Source: a bacterium (GTDB lineage Bacteria > Patescibacteriota > Andersenbacteria > UBA10190). Taken from it: a stretch of DNA of 64,000 bases. Below, piece by piece: positions 19,736 through 28,169 of the stretch (positions are counted from its first letter, which is position 1; the number at the start of each line of letters is the position of its first letter). The notes under the pieces were generated by a model. It did not search any database and was not told the origin of the DNA. It saw only the letters and a list, made by a program, of their open reading frames with translations. The DNA is taken from contig JAUYKA010000008.1 in the NCBI GenBank assembly GCA_030698495.1, positions 78,895 to 142,894 on the forward strand, written 5' to 3'. The position numbers were made by a program, and so were the translations under genes.

Positions 19736-19770
19736 AACCGTTGGACACCCGTTCCAACGGTTTTTCTTTT
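19736..19770 (+). terminator. Intrinsic terminator closing the E2-E1-Ubl cassette
   Basis: AACCGTTGGA-cacccgt-TCCAACGGTT perfect 10-bp stem followed by TTTCTTTT. Confidence 0.85.
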
Positions 19771-19817
19771 GTATAAGATTTTGACATTATCTGCTTACGG
19801 GTACAATATCCTTAACT

Positions 19818-20714
19818 ATGTCTCAAGTTAATATAGTTATTGTTAATTGGAATACGGGAGGGTTACTGGCTAAGTGCTTGCGGTCTTTGGTGGATTCGGG
19901 TGATAGGGATTTAATCAATAAGATCTTTGTGGCGGATAACGCTTCGTCCGATAATTCGCTGGCGCAGGCCAAGCGGGTATCCGGTGAAATGAATAATGTG
20001 GCATGGATGGAGTTATCGGGAAATCTTGGTTTTGCCAAGGCCAATAATTTGGCTCTGGCTAAATCCGGTTTTAATAATCATGTATTGCTTTTAAATCCCG
20101 ATACGCAGGTCGCCCCCGGAGCGATCAGGGCTTTACTAAAAACTTTTGACGAGGATAAGAAAGCGGGTGTTGTAGGCGCCCGATTACTCAATACTGACGG
20201 GTCGATACAGCCGTCGGTGCGTTTACTGCCGACCGGGAAAATTCTGGCGGGATTAATGCTGAAGTTAAACCGCTTGAGACCTAAGGCAAAAATGTGGCGG
20301 GAGTATTTGGCCGAGGATTTTGACTACCGCAAACAACAAGAAGTGGAGCAGGTAATGGGTGCGGTTTTTTTAATTAATAAAGAATTACTGCGTCAAATAG
20401 GGGGGCTGGACGAGTGTTTTTGGATTTGGTTTGAAGAAGTTGATTATTGTTTTAATGCCAGAAAGAGGGGCTGGAGAATTGTTTATCGCCCGGACGCGCC
20501 AGTAGTCCATTTTGGAGGAGCAAGTTTAAATCAGCTGGTAGGAATTAAAAAAAGCTGGTTGTGGGCAATCGCTTCCATTAAATACGCGTCAAAAAATTTA
20601 AGAGGATTTTCGGCCGTGCTGCTCATCTTGTTATTACCGATCAGTTTAGTTCTGTCGATTCCGGCCGGACTGCATCATCGGCAATTGCGCGCTAATACAA
20701 AGGAGAAGATATGA
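19818..20714 (+). CDS. GT2 glycosyltransferase (WbbL/rhamnosyltransferase-like)
   Basis: 'VIVNWNT', 'DNASSD', 'NLGFAKANN', 'LLNPD', 'FEEVDYC'. Confidence 0.9.
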   Translation: MSQVNIVIVNWNTGGLLAKCLRSLVDSGDRDLINKIFVADNASSDNSLAQAKRVSGEMNNVAWMELSGNLGFAKANNLALAKSGFNNHVLLLNPDTQVAPGAIRALLKTFDEDKKAGVVGARLLNTDGSIQPSVRLLPTGKILAGLMLKLNRLRPKAKMWREYLAEDFDYRKQQEVEQVMGAVFLINKELLRQIGGLDECFWIWFEEVDYCFNARKRGWRIVYRPDAPVVHFGGASLNQLVGIKKSWLWAIASIKYASKNLRGFSAVLLILLLPISLVLSIPAGLHHRQLRANTKEKI

Positions 20715-22117
20715 ATAAGTTTTATGTTTGGTTTTTGGCGGCAGCGGGGGGTGGTTTGACGACGGCAATACTAATAAGTACAAACGCCGGTTTATTGGTG
20801 TTACTGGCGATTGTCGGCGCGTGGTGGATATGGCAATATCCGGAATATTCTTTTTGGACGCTGATTGTAGCGGCACCTCTTTTACCGATGCTTAAAGCGA
20901 CGCAAACACTGGGCGAACTCACGTTGTTAAAAGACATGATTATTTTAGTGTTGTTTGTGAAACTTTTTGGCTGGCCGCTATTAACAAAGCGGCTCGAGTG
21001 GCGGCGTAATATCTTAGTGGCGCCGATTACTTTACTGATTGTGTGGGTGGCGATAAATACTTTGCGGGCGAATTCGCTGACGTTAGGAATTTTGCGAGCG
21101 CGGGAAATAGTTCTCTATGTTCTATTGTATTTTGCCGTTTTATATTTACCGGCAAGCGAAGGGTTTTTAAAAAAGACATGGCAATGGTTTATAGCCTCGG
21201 CGGTTGTGGTGGTGTTGCTGGGGGTATATCAGTGGTTTTGGGCCGGCGACAGCGCTGTATTGCGATTTGATCCGGCGCGAAGTATTTGGATTCCTCGAAT
21301 GTCGGCGACTTTGGGGCATCCCAGTGTGTTGGGAGAGTATTTGATTGTCGTGTGGACTCTGCTATTGGCTAGCGTCTTAGTCTTTGGGAAAAAATTATCT
21401 TGGTGGGGGTCGGTTATAGCTATGTTGTTTCTACTACCGTTTATTTATTTAACGTACTCGCGGTCGGTTTGGCTGGGACTGGGAACGGCAATAGCGGTTA
21501 TCGCAGTCGTGTGGTTGGTAAAATATGTTCGGCAAAAGCGGGTGATAAGAAAAGGTTATATGTTGGCGGGGCTAACGGCGGTAATAATTTTGTCGGCGGT
21601 ATTTATGCGTTTCACTAGTGCGGGCGTATTTTTACGCACAGCGATTGATCCGACATACGGCAGTAATCAAGATCGAATTATGTTGGTAGCTAATATTATT
21701 GGCGATACCACAAACGGGCAGGCTATCTGGGGTAAGGGGCTGGGAAACGTGGTGACACAGCAGTATGAGGGGGCAGATGCGACAGCGGAGGATATTGCGG
21801 AGCTGGATTCGCGTACGGTGCAATTAGCGAAAGCTAGTACGTTGGTTGATAATCAATATCTTAAGACGTTCGCCGAGCTCGGGCTGATAGGTATATTGAT
21901 ATATTTATGGATTTATTATCGGATCGCGCGGAAGTGTTGGCGGGTCATTGTTGGAGGCGGCGCGAAGTCGCAATTAGTTATAGGCTGGTGGGGGTTGGGC
22001 TTTTTGGCGGCGTTTGTGACGCAGGCTTTGTTTATAGATATATGGGACGTTTGGCCGACCAACGCCATTTTTTGGGTAGCGGCTGCTATGGTGTCGCGCG
22101 AGGTATTGACAAAATAA
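20711..22117 (+). CDS. O-antigen ligase (WaaL/Wzy_C) family membrane protein
   Basis: 'RMSATLGHPSVLG', 'LTYSRSVW', 'WGKGLG', 'DNQYLKTFAELGLIG'. Confidence 0.85.
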   Translation: MNKFYVWFLAAAGGGLTTAILISTNAGLLVLLAIVGAWWIWQYPEYSFWTLIVAAPLLPMLKATQTLGELTLLKDMIILVLFVKLFGWPLLTKRLEWRRNILVAPITLLIVWVAINTLRANSLTLGILRAREIVLYVLLYFAVLYLPASEGFLKKTWQWFIASAVVVVLLGVYQWFWAGDSAVLRFDPARSIWIPRMSATLGHPSVLGEYLIVVWTLLLASVLVFGKKLSWWGSVIAMLFLLPFIYLTYSRSVWLGLGTAIAVIAVVWLVKYVRQKRVIRKGYMLAGLTAVIILSAVFMRFTSAGVFLRTAIDPTYGSNQDRIMLVANIIGDTTNGQAIWGKGLGNVVTQQYEGADATAEDIAELDSRTVQLAKASTLVDNQYLKTFAELGLIGILIYLWIYYRIARKCWRVIVGGGAKSQLVIGWWGLGFLAAFVTQALFIDIWDVWPTNAIFWVAAAMVSREVLTK

Positions 22118-22133
22118 AATATTTGTTTAGGAT
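22106..22133 (+). promoter_or_regulatory. Sigma70-like promoter upstream of structured intergenic region
   Basis: TTGACA (22106-22111), 16 nt, TAGGAT (22128-22133). Confidence 0.5.
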
Positions 22134-22139
22134 AGTAAT

Positions 22140-22367
22140 GTTCTTTCAGAAGCAAATACCGGCCGCCGCAGCTGTTGTGGACGAACAGCGGAGAGAAGCG
22201 GTGTGCGGCTGTGACGCGTAGTTCTCCGACATGGGGCCCTTTTTGGGGCAAGCGCGTCACGGCAACCTCCAGTATTTCGTTGATTGAGTTCCGTTAATTT
22301 TTGTCTGTTTTTCAATTGTGACAGCCAGCTGGCAAACGGGATTCTCAACAATACCGGAGGTTTTTTT
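22140..22367 (+). ncRNA. Candidate structured non-coding RNA (family not recognised)
   Basis: Upstream promoter; stems GCTGTGACGCG/CGCGTCACGGC and AACCTCC..GTTGA..GAGTTCCGTT/AACGGGATTC-TCAAC..GGAGGTT with G-U pairs on + strand; ends in T-run. Confidence 0.45.
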
Positions 22368-23380
22368 TAAAATCCTCGTCTTATTTTACGCCAGTAGTCG
22401 ATTGCCCATAGTTGACGGTAGCGCCAAGATAGGGGCAGATCATGGGCGTGCAGGTAATCGATAGCGCGTCCGCCGAAGCCTTTTTTAAAAACAGTAATGC
22501 CGGCGAAGGGGTGATGGGGTTTATCGTCCGGAGCGATGCCCCAGAAGTTGTATAGTTCAGCCCCTCTTTTTTGGGCTTCCAGAATAGAGTGCCACTGCAG
22601 AAGCTGGGCGCCAGGAATTTTGCTTACTTTTATGGAAGCACCGTGGTGATAAAAAACTTTGTTGCCGCATTGAATAAAAATACCGGCAGCTATGTCTTTG
22701 CCTTGATAGGAAGCAATGACGGCGTAGGCGGATTTGGTGCCGGAGAATTGTTGAAATTCTTCGCGGATTGAGTCAATGGAAAAGGGGACAAAGCCATGGC
22801 GTACGGTGGTGACTTGGTATAGCGGGGCAAAGTGATCGATGGCTGATTGATCTGTGATTACAAAGCAGGTTACGCCCATTTTTTCAGCTTTATTGATTGC
22901 TTGGCGACTGGTTTTGCGCATATTGGCCAGTAATGTTTCCGCTGGCAAATTGATATCCAATATCCAAGTAAGTTCACTGTGAATATGAAGCGGGGCAGGT
23001 TTGAAACCAAGTTGTTTTAATGTATCCCGGTTTGTTTGACTATTAATTAATAGCGGAGCCAGACGCAGGGCTAACACGCGGTCTTGGCGAGCGCGGGATT
23101 TAAGGTAAGAAATTATTGCGGGAAGATACTTTAAAGTTTGTTCTTCGGATAAAAATGCCGGTCCGTGGGGAATCAGGTAGTGGCGGCCGCGGCGGGCATT
23201 GACGATTATAATTTGGGCGAGGCCGATTAGCTGGTTATCGTTAAAGATGCCGAGGCGAATAATGTTTTCGCCGGATTTATTTTGGACTTCGCCCCACTGC
23301 CAAGTTTGGAGGAAGGTGTTTGGTGATAGAGTCAGGAGAAAGGAAGTCCATTGATTTCGGTCGGTGATTTCTTGGATCAT
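22367..23380 (-). CDS. FemABX family peptidoglycan bridge peptidyltransferase
   Basis: 'FLQTWQWGE', 'IPHGP', 'LLANMRKTSRQAINKAEK', 'YHHGAS', 'YNFWGI', 'FKKGFGG'; start at ATG 23380. Confidence 0.92.
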   Translation of the reverse strand: MIQEITDRNQWTSFLLTLSPNTFLQTWQWGEVQNKSGENIIRLGIFNDNQLIGLAQIIIVNARRGRHYLIPHGPAFLSEEQTLKYLPAIISYLKSRARQDRVLALRLAPLLINSQTNRDTLKQLGFKPAPLHIHSELTWILDINLPAETLLANMRKTSRQAINKAEKMGVTCFVITDQSAIDHFAPLYQVTTVRHGFVPFSIDSIREEFQQFSGTKSAYAVIASYQGKDIAAGIFIQCGNKVFYHHGASIKVSKIPGAQLLQWHSILEAQKRGAELYNFWGIAPDDKPHHPFAGITVFKKGFGGRAIDYLHAHDLPLSWRYRQLWAIDYWRKIRRGF

Positions 23381-23410
23381 AGAGTAACTTGTTTTTGATA
23401 ATCCGATCTC

Positions 23411-23511
23411 CCGCGGGTCCTGCCGCGCTCGAGCCCCCGCCCGACGGCTTCCCCCGCCCAAGGGCGGGGTGCAGGCGCTCGGCGGGGGACCCCCCAGCGC
23501 GTCACCCGCGG
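23411..23511. repeat. GC-rich nested palindrome
   Basis: CCGCGGGT/ACCCGCGG, CGCGCT/AGCGCG, CCCCGCCC-AA-GGGCGGGG nested stems in AT-rich spacer. Confidence 0.75.
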
Positions 23512-23569
23512 TGAAAGCTTTATAGATATAAGTAAATATTGTGTCACAGTTCTTATAACCGGTTAATAA

Positions 23570-24790
23570 TTATTGGTTACTATTCATAAACTCAATTATC
23601 CCTGTCACTTCATCTTCCGAGAGAGAAGAGTAGGTGGGGAGGTTGATGGTTTTTTGCGCCAGTTTTTCGGCTTGGGGGCAGGCGCCTTGTGTGTAGAAGG
23701 GGGTTCGGTTGGAGCTACGGGGAGCTACGGGCGAGTTGTACCAGTCGCCGAGAAGAATTCTATTTTGTTTGGCTTGGCGCAGAATTTGGGTTGGGTTTTG
23801 AACCACAACGGGGAAGCGCAGCCAGCTTGGTTCGCCGGTAAATTTGATGACTGGTTTTTGTTTTAATTCTCTTAAGTAACGACTGGCAACCCTTTGTCTG
23901 GTCTCGGTATAGCGGTTTAGCTGGTTAAGTTGGTTTAACAGAAGCGGTGCCAGAGCGGGTGAGAATTGCCAGTTGGTTAGTCGTGGACGACCCCCAGTTT
24001 TTTCCTTGGGTGTAACGGCCTTGCTTAGAAGACGTAATTTTTGGGCGGTAACAAGTAAAATTTTGCCGACGCTGTACGTGAAATAGAAACGCTTTATGAA
24101 GGACATAATGATCGGGTGTTTTAGTTGCTGGATGTTCCACCAAAATGGCGGTAAGGGGAGTTTGTTTTGTTGGGTACGGATTTTTTGCATGACGGTTGAA
24201 TTGCGGACAGCAACAGCGCCGCCGAAAACACAGGACAGAGTTTTGTCGCGGCCGAAGCTGAAAATGGCGGCGTCGCCGAAAGTACCAAGTGGTTGGTTAT
24301 TGTGGCTGGCACCAAGGGAGTGAGCGCAGTCTTCAATAAGAAGAATATTATGAGCGGCGGTAATTTTTTTTAGTTCGTCTATGGGGCCGGGAATACCAAA
24401 GGTATGTTGGATAATAATGGCTTTAGTGTGTGGTGTTATTTTCCGTTCGACATCAGTTGGATCAAAATTGTAGGTGTCGGGATTAATGTCGGCAAAAACT
24501 GCCTTGGCACCGACCCAGGATACAGAGGCGGGAACGGTGACGCAGGTAAACGCTTGGATAATTATTTCGTCGCCGGCAGTAAACCCAAGGGCTTGGAACA
24601 GGGCGTACATAGCGCTGCGCCCGGAGCTGGTTAGAATTACCGCCTGATTATTCAGATATTGAGAAAGTCTATTTTCGGCTTGTTTGACTATGTTGTTATC
24701 CCGCCATTGCCACGGCGAAAACAAAGTACGCCAGGCAGTACTGATGTCGTCTGGTTCTGTGTTTGGTGAGAGAGAGGTGAGGACTGGCAT
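23570..24790 (-). CDS. DegT/DnrJ/EryC1/StrS family PLP-dependent aminotransferase
   Basis: 'SGRSA', 'QAFTC', 'QHTFG', 'IEDCAHSLGA', 'FSFGRDKTLS' (PLP lysine), 'INLPT'; start at ATG 24790. Confidence 0.92.
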   Translation of the reverse strand: MPVLTSLSPNTEPDDISTAWRTLFSPWQWRDNNIVKQAENRLSQYLNNQAVILTSSGRSAMYALFQALGFTAGDEIIIQAFTCVTVPASVSWVGAKAVFADINPDTYNFDPTDVERKITPHTKAIIIQHTFGIPGPIDELKKITAAHNILLIEDCAHSLGASHNNQPLGTFGDAAIFSFGRDKTLSCVFGGAVAVRNSTVMQKIRTQQNKLPLPPFWWNIQQLKHPIIMSFIKRFYFTYSVGKILLVTAQKLRLLSKAVTPKEKTGGRPRLTNWQFSPALAPLLLNQLNQLNRYTETRQRVASRYLRELKQKPVIKFTGEPSWLRFPVVVQNPTQILRQAKQNRILLGDWYNSPVAPRSSNRTPFYTQGACPQAEKLAQKTINLPTYSSLSEDEVTGIIEFMNSNQ

Positions 24791-24812
24791 GTTAAATAAA
24801 ATTATTTGATGG

Positions 24813-24942
24813 AATGCAAAATGCAAACTGTAAACTGCAAAATGACAATGCAAAATTAAAAAATACTTGAGATGTTAATTTGATCGTAAAACATTATTAA
24901 TTTTAATCTGTTATTTTGCAGTTTGCAGTTTGCATTTTGAAT
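24813..24942. repeat. 7-nt periodic imperfect inverted repeat (A-tract family)
   Basis: atgcaaa-atgcaaa-ctgtaaa-ctgcaaa-atgacaatgcaaaattaaaaa ... ttttgcagtttgcagtttgcattttg. Confidence 0.8.
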
Positions 24943-24966
24943 TATTGGGGTTATGCAGGACTACGA

Positions 24967-26568
24967 TTAGTTAATAATCCCTCGCCTCACAATCTCTGGT
25001 ACTCGTCCTTCAATAAGTATCACTGTGTCGGGTTTAATGGTTTTTTTGACCGCTGTCAAAAGCTTTTTGGGAGAGGACATAAATGTAATTGTATTTTGTG
25101 ATTTAGCAGATTGGAATCCTTGTAATAAGTGTTTTTGATATGCTTTGCCGCTGATAAATATATCGGCACCGGATTGACCCAGCGCTTCGCCAAGATGCCG
25201 GTGAACAGCTGGAGCATCTACTCCTAATTCAATCAATGGCGTCATAATAACAATTTTGCTGGTTCCAGCGAATAATTTGAGATGATTGATAGCATTTATG
25301 ACTCCCACTTCGTTGGCAGAGTAGCTATCGTCTACGATTTGAACCGATTGCGATTTAGTAACAAGCTGCATGGTGCGCTCTACAGGGGTAAGTTGGGTCA
25401 GGGCGGAAAATATTTTGTCGGCGGGAACGCCAAGGACATAGGCAGTGGCGATTGCGGCCAGTACATTAGATAGTTGTCCTTGGCTTAAAAGAGAAATTGC
25501 TATCTGGGCACCAGCTGCATCTATATGAATCTGTGCTTGTAATGATGTCGGTAGGACTTTAATTTGATCGGCATAAATTTCGGCCGATCTTTCTTGGGAG
25601 TACCAAATAATCTTTTGGTTGGTTGTCTGGGCCTTGTTGGCGATGATTCTATCGTCGGCGTTGAGAATGGCGGTGCCGTTGGCGGGTAAATTATCAATTA
25701 ATTCCCATTTAGCAGCGGCTAGTTTTTCCTTGGTGCCGAATAATCCCAGGTGCTGGTTGCCGATGGCAGTAACTACGCCTATCTTCGGCTGGAGCAGGCG
25801 GCATAAGGCAGTGATTTCGCCGGCGCGGTAAGCGCCTGTTTCGGCGATATAGGTGCGGGAGTTGTCGTCGAGTCGATGAAGCATATCTTGCGCGACGGAT
25901 AGTTCGGAGTTGCGATGGTTGGCGGTGATAGTGTGATGGATGCCGGCTTGCGTTAAAATTTGATCGAGAAAATGTTTGGTGGATGTTTTACCGTAGCTGC
26001 CGGTTATGGCGATGACATTTAAACTTTTTAGACGGCGTCGCCGGGCGGTGGCTTGACTAATGATTTGACGTTTGCGCCAGTAAGTTAGGGCGTTGGTTAT
26101 CACGACAGATAACGGAGTCAAGAAAATGATGGCGATAATATACGTGCTCCACTGGAGAGCGGGAAGGATGTCAGAGATAAAGAAGAAAAAGTAATACGCC
26201 AAAGACAGGGCGGCCAGGGTTGTTATAAGGAGGAAACTTTTTATGGTGGGTTTGGGGCGATAAATGCCGCGATAGATGATGCGACCAGCGTGGTGGGCGA
26301 CAAGAAAAGCCATTTCGCTCCAGCCGAAGAGGTCGGCGGTGATGAGTTGGCCGGTTAAGGCAAGCAGCCAGCCAATATTGGAAAAAACGACTACACCGAG
26401 TAGTAAGCCGCGGTAGTTAAGCCACCATTCCTGGCTGCGGACGAGAGAAAATAGGCGATCCCAGCGGTATTCTTTGCGCTGCCATAGTTCGGCTTGGGAG
26501 GAGATGCTTAAAACGAGGAGGGGAAAGCCGATGACGGCGGCGATGATGTTTGGGGTGAGGAATGCCAT
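24967..26568 (-). CDS. murF: MurF-like Mur ligase with N-terminal membrane domain
   Basis: About 5 N-terminal TMs with 'WQRKEYRWDR'; 'AITGSYGKTSTK', 'ETGAY..GEI..L', 'IGNQHL', 'DDSYSAN', 'ELG..A...H'. Confidence 0.8.
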   Translation of the reverse strand: MAFLTPNIIAAVIGFPLLVLSISSQAELWQRKEYRWDRLFSLVRSQEWWLNYRGLLLGVVVFSNIGWLLALTGQLITADLFGWSEMAFLVAHHAGRIIYRGIYRPKPTIKSFLLITTLAALSLAYYFFFFISDILPALQWSTYIIAIIFLTPLSVVITNALTYWRKRQIISQATARRRRLKSLNVIAITGSYGKTSTKHFLDQILTQAGIHHTITANHRNSELSVAQDMLHRLDDNSRTYIAETGAYRAGEITALCRLLQPKIGVVTAIGNQHLGLFGTKEKLAAAKWELIDNLPANGTAILNADDRIIANKAQTTNQKIIWYSQERSAEIYADQIKVLPTSLQAQIHIDAAGAQIAISLLSQGQLSNVLAAIATAYVLGVPADKIFSALTQLTPVERTMQLVTKSQSVQIVDDSYSANEVGVINAINHLKLFAGTSKIVIMTPLIELGVDAPAVHRHLGEALGQSGADIFISGKAYQKHLLQGFQSAKSQNTITFMSSPKKLLTAVKKTIKPDTVILIEGRVPEIVRRGIIN

Positions 26569-26654
26569 AAAACTATATTATAACAGATTGGGCCGCAGTG
26601 TAGGGTAAATAATTTTGGTGCTGCTTAGGTTATTTGCTAACTTGTGTTTTCTCC

Positions 26655-26847
26655 GGCGAGTGTCACTTTTCGCGGCACCTACTCCCGGCGACACCAGCCG
26701 TCGCTCACGAGCTATGGCCGGCAAGGCATAGTGCCCGCTCCAGCGGCGGTCGCTACTCGACTAAAAGCCTGTCATCCCCGCCTTTTAGGCGGGGATGACA
26801 GGCTATTAGACGGTCGCCGGGAGCAGGTACCACGAGTGACACTCGCC
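26655..26847. repeat. Branched palindromic element, copy 1 (related to 59261..59411), with nested REP-like insert
   Basis: 13-bp and 11-bp outer stems, 18-bp inner hairpin (26766-26804), core TGCCCGCTCCAGCGGCGG-N6-CTCGACT. Confidence 0.8.
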
Positions 26848-27007
26848 GCGGGAGCGCCAGTGATGTGGCAATATTTAAAAAAACCAAATACGCTTTTAGA
26901 CTTTCCTGATTTACACTGCTTGAAAGACAGAAGAAAACAATTGTTGCTGATTTTTCGAGATATTAGTTAGCTTGCCAACGAGAATGAAGTACACTATTCA
27001 TACAGAC

Positions 27008-27937
27008 ATGGATTCAAGACTGACAGTACAAGTTTTAGGATGGAATAGCGCCGGGGATTTGCCGGCGACTTGTGCGGCTTTGGAAAAAATTCCGGCTGAT
27101 GAGGTGATTATCCGTTATATTGATAATGCTTCCAGTGATGATTCGGTTGAAGTAGTGCAGCGATTGTTGCCTAACGCGGAGATTGTTGAGCTGGCGGAAA
27201 ATAAGGGTTTTTCTAGCGGGAATAATGAGGGTTTTATGAGATGTACAACGGATTTGGTTTTGGTTTTGAATCCGGATGTGGTGGTTGATTGGGAGGGCAT
27301 AAAGAAAGTAATGCGAGTGTTTGAAGATAATAAGGTGGCGGCGGCACAGGGGTTGCTATTGCGAGATGAGTCAGTGATTGACTCTGCGGGGATTGTTTTG
27401 TCACTCGCCATGAATGGGGTGGATCGAGGAGCGGGTGAGGTTAATCCGGGACAGTACAATGTTCGGTCGGAAGTTAAGGCGGTTACCGGCGCTTGCGGTT
27501 TATATCGAATGAAATCTTTGCGAGATGTGACGCATAAAGATGGCGAGATTTTTGATAACGATTTTTTTGCTTACAAGGAAGATGTTGATTTGGGCTGGCG
27601 GTTAAATCACGCGGGATGGAAGGTTGTTTATGAGCCGGTGGTTACCGGTGTGCATAAAAGAAAGCTAGGGCGTCAGGGCGCTATGGGGTGGGGAAGTGAC
27701 CCGGCAGAGTTTTACCGACGCTTGAGGTCTAAGCGCACGCGATATTCCTTGCGCAATTGGGTCTGGATGATTGTGAAAAATATTACCTTAAAAGAGGGTT
27801 TAAAACACGAGATTTTTATTGATGCGCGGCTATTATTATTTTTCTGCTTGTCGTTTTTATATCCGCCGCTAGTGACTGTTTGGCTAGAGATTATTTGGGG
27901 ATTAACGAAGATGGCAAAAAAGAGAAAGGCTGGTTAG
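27008..27937 (+). CDS. GT2 glycosyltransferase
   Basis: 'DNASSDDS', 'NKGFSSGNN', 'VLNPD', 'FFAYKEDVDLGWR'. Confidence 0.9.
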   Translation: MDSRLTVQVLGWNSAGDLPATCAALEKIPADEVIIRYIDNASSDDSVEVVQRLLPNAEIVELAENKGFSSGNNEGFMRCTTDLVLVLNPDVVVDWEGIKKVMRVFEDNKVAAAQGLLLRDESVIDSAGIVLSLAMNGVDRGAGEVNPGQYNVRSEVKAVTGACGLYRMKSLRDVTHKDGEIFDNDFFAYKEDVDLGWRLNHAGWKVVYEPVVTGVHKRKLGRQGAMGWGSDPAEFYRRLRSKRTRYSLRNWVWMIVKNITLKEGLKHEIFIDARLLLFFCLSFLYPPLVTVWLEIIWGLTKMAKKRKAG

Positions 27938-27964
27938 TATGAATTTCAATTTTGTATGGTTAAG

Positions 27965-28113
27965 GTTGAATTTTCAATCTTCAATTTCCAATTTTCATAT
28001 AATAGCCAATGACCAATTACTAAATACACCCTAGAATTGAATGTGATTTACATGGTTGAAAATTGTTAAATTGTAATTTATATGGAAATTGGAAATTGTG
28101 CATTGGAAATTTG
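27965..28113. repeat. 7-nt periodic imperfect inverted repeat (AAT family)
   Basis: aattttc-aatcttc-aatttcc-aattttc ... ggaaatt-ggaaatt-gtgcatt-ggaaatt. Confidence 0.8.
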
Positions 28114-28169
28114 TCGCTATTGCGACATATAGTTATATATCCTAGTCTATAGCGTTAAGCGAGTAATTT

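Noticed and set aside
17480-19800. Prophage or integrative element boundaries around the Ubl cassette
   Set aside because: No integrase, transposase, tRNA or flanking direct repeats could be seen.
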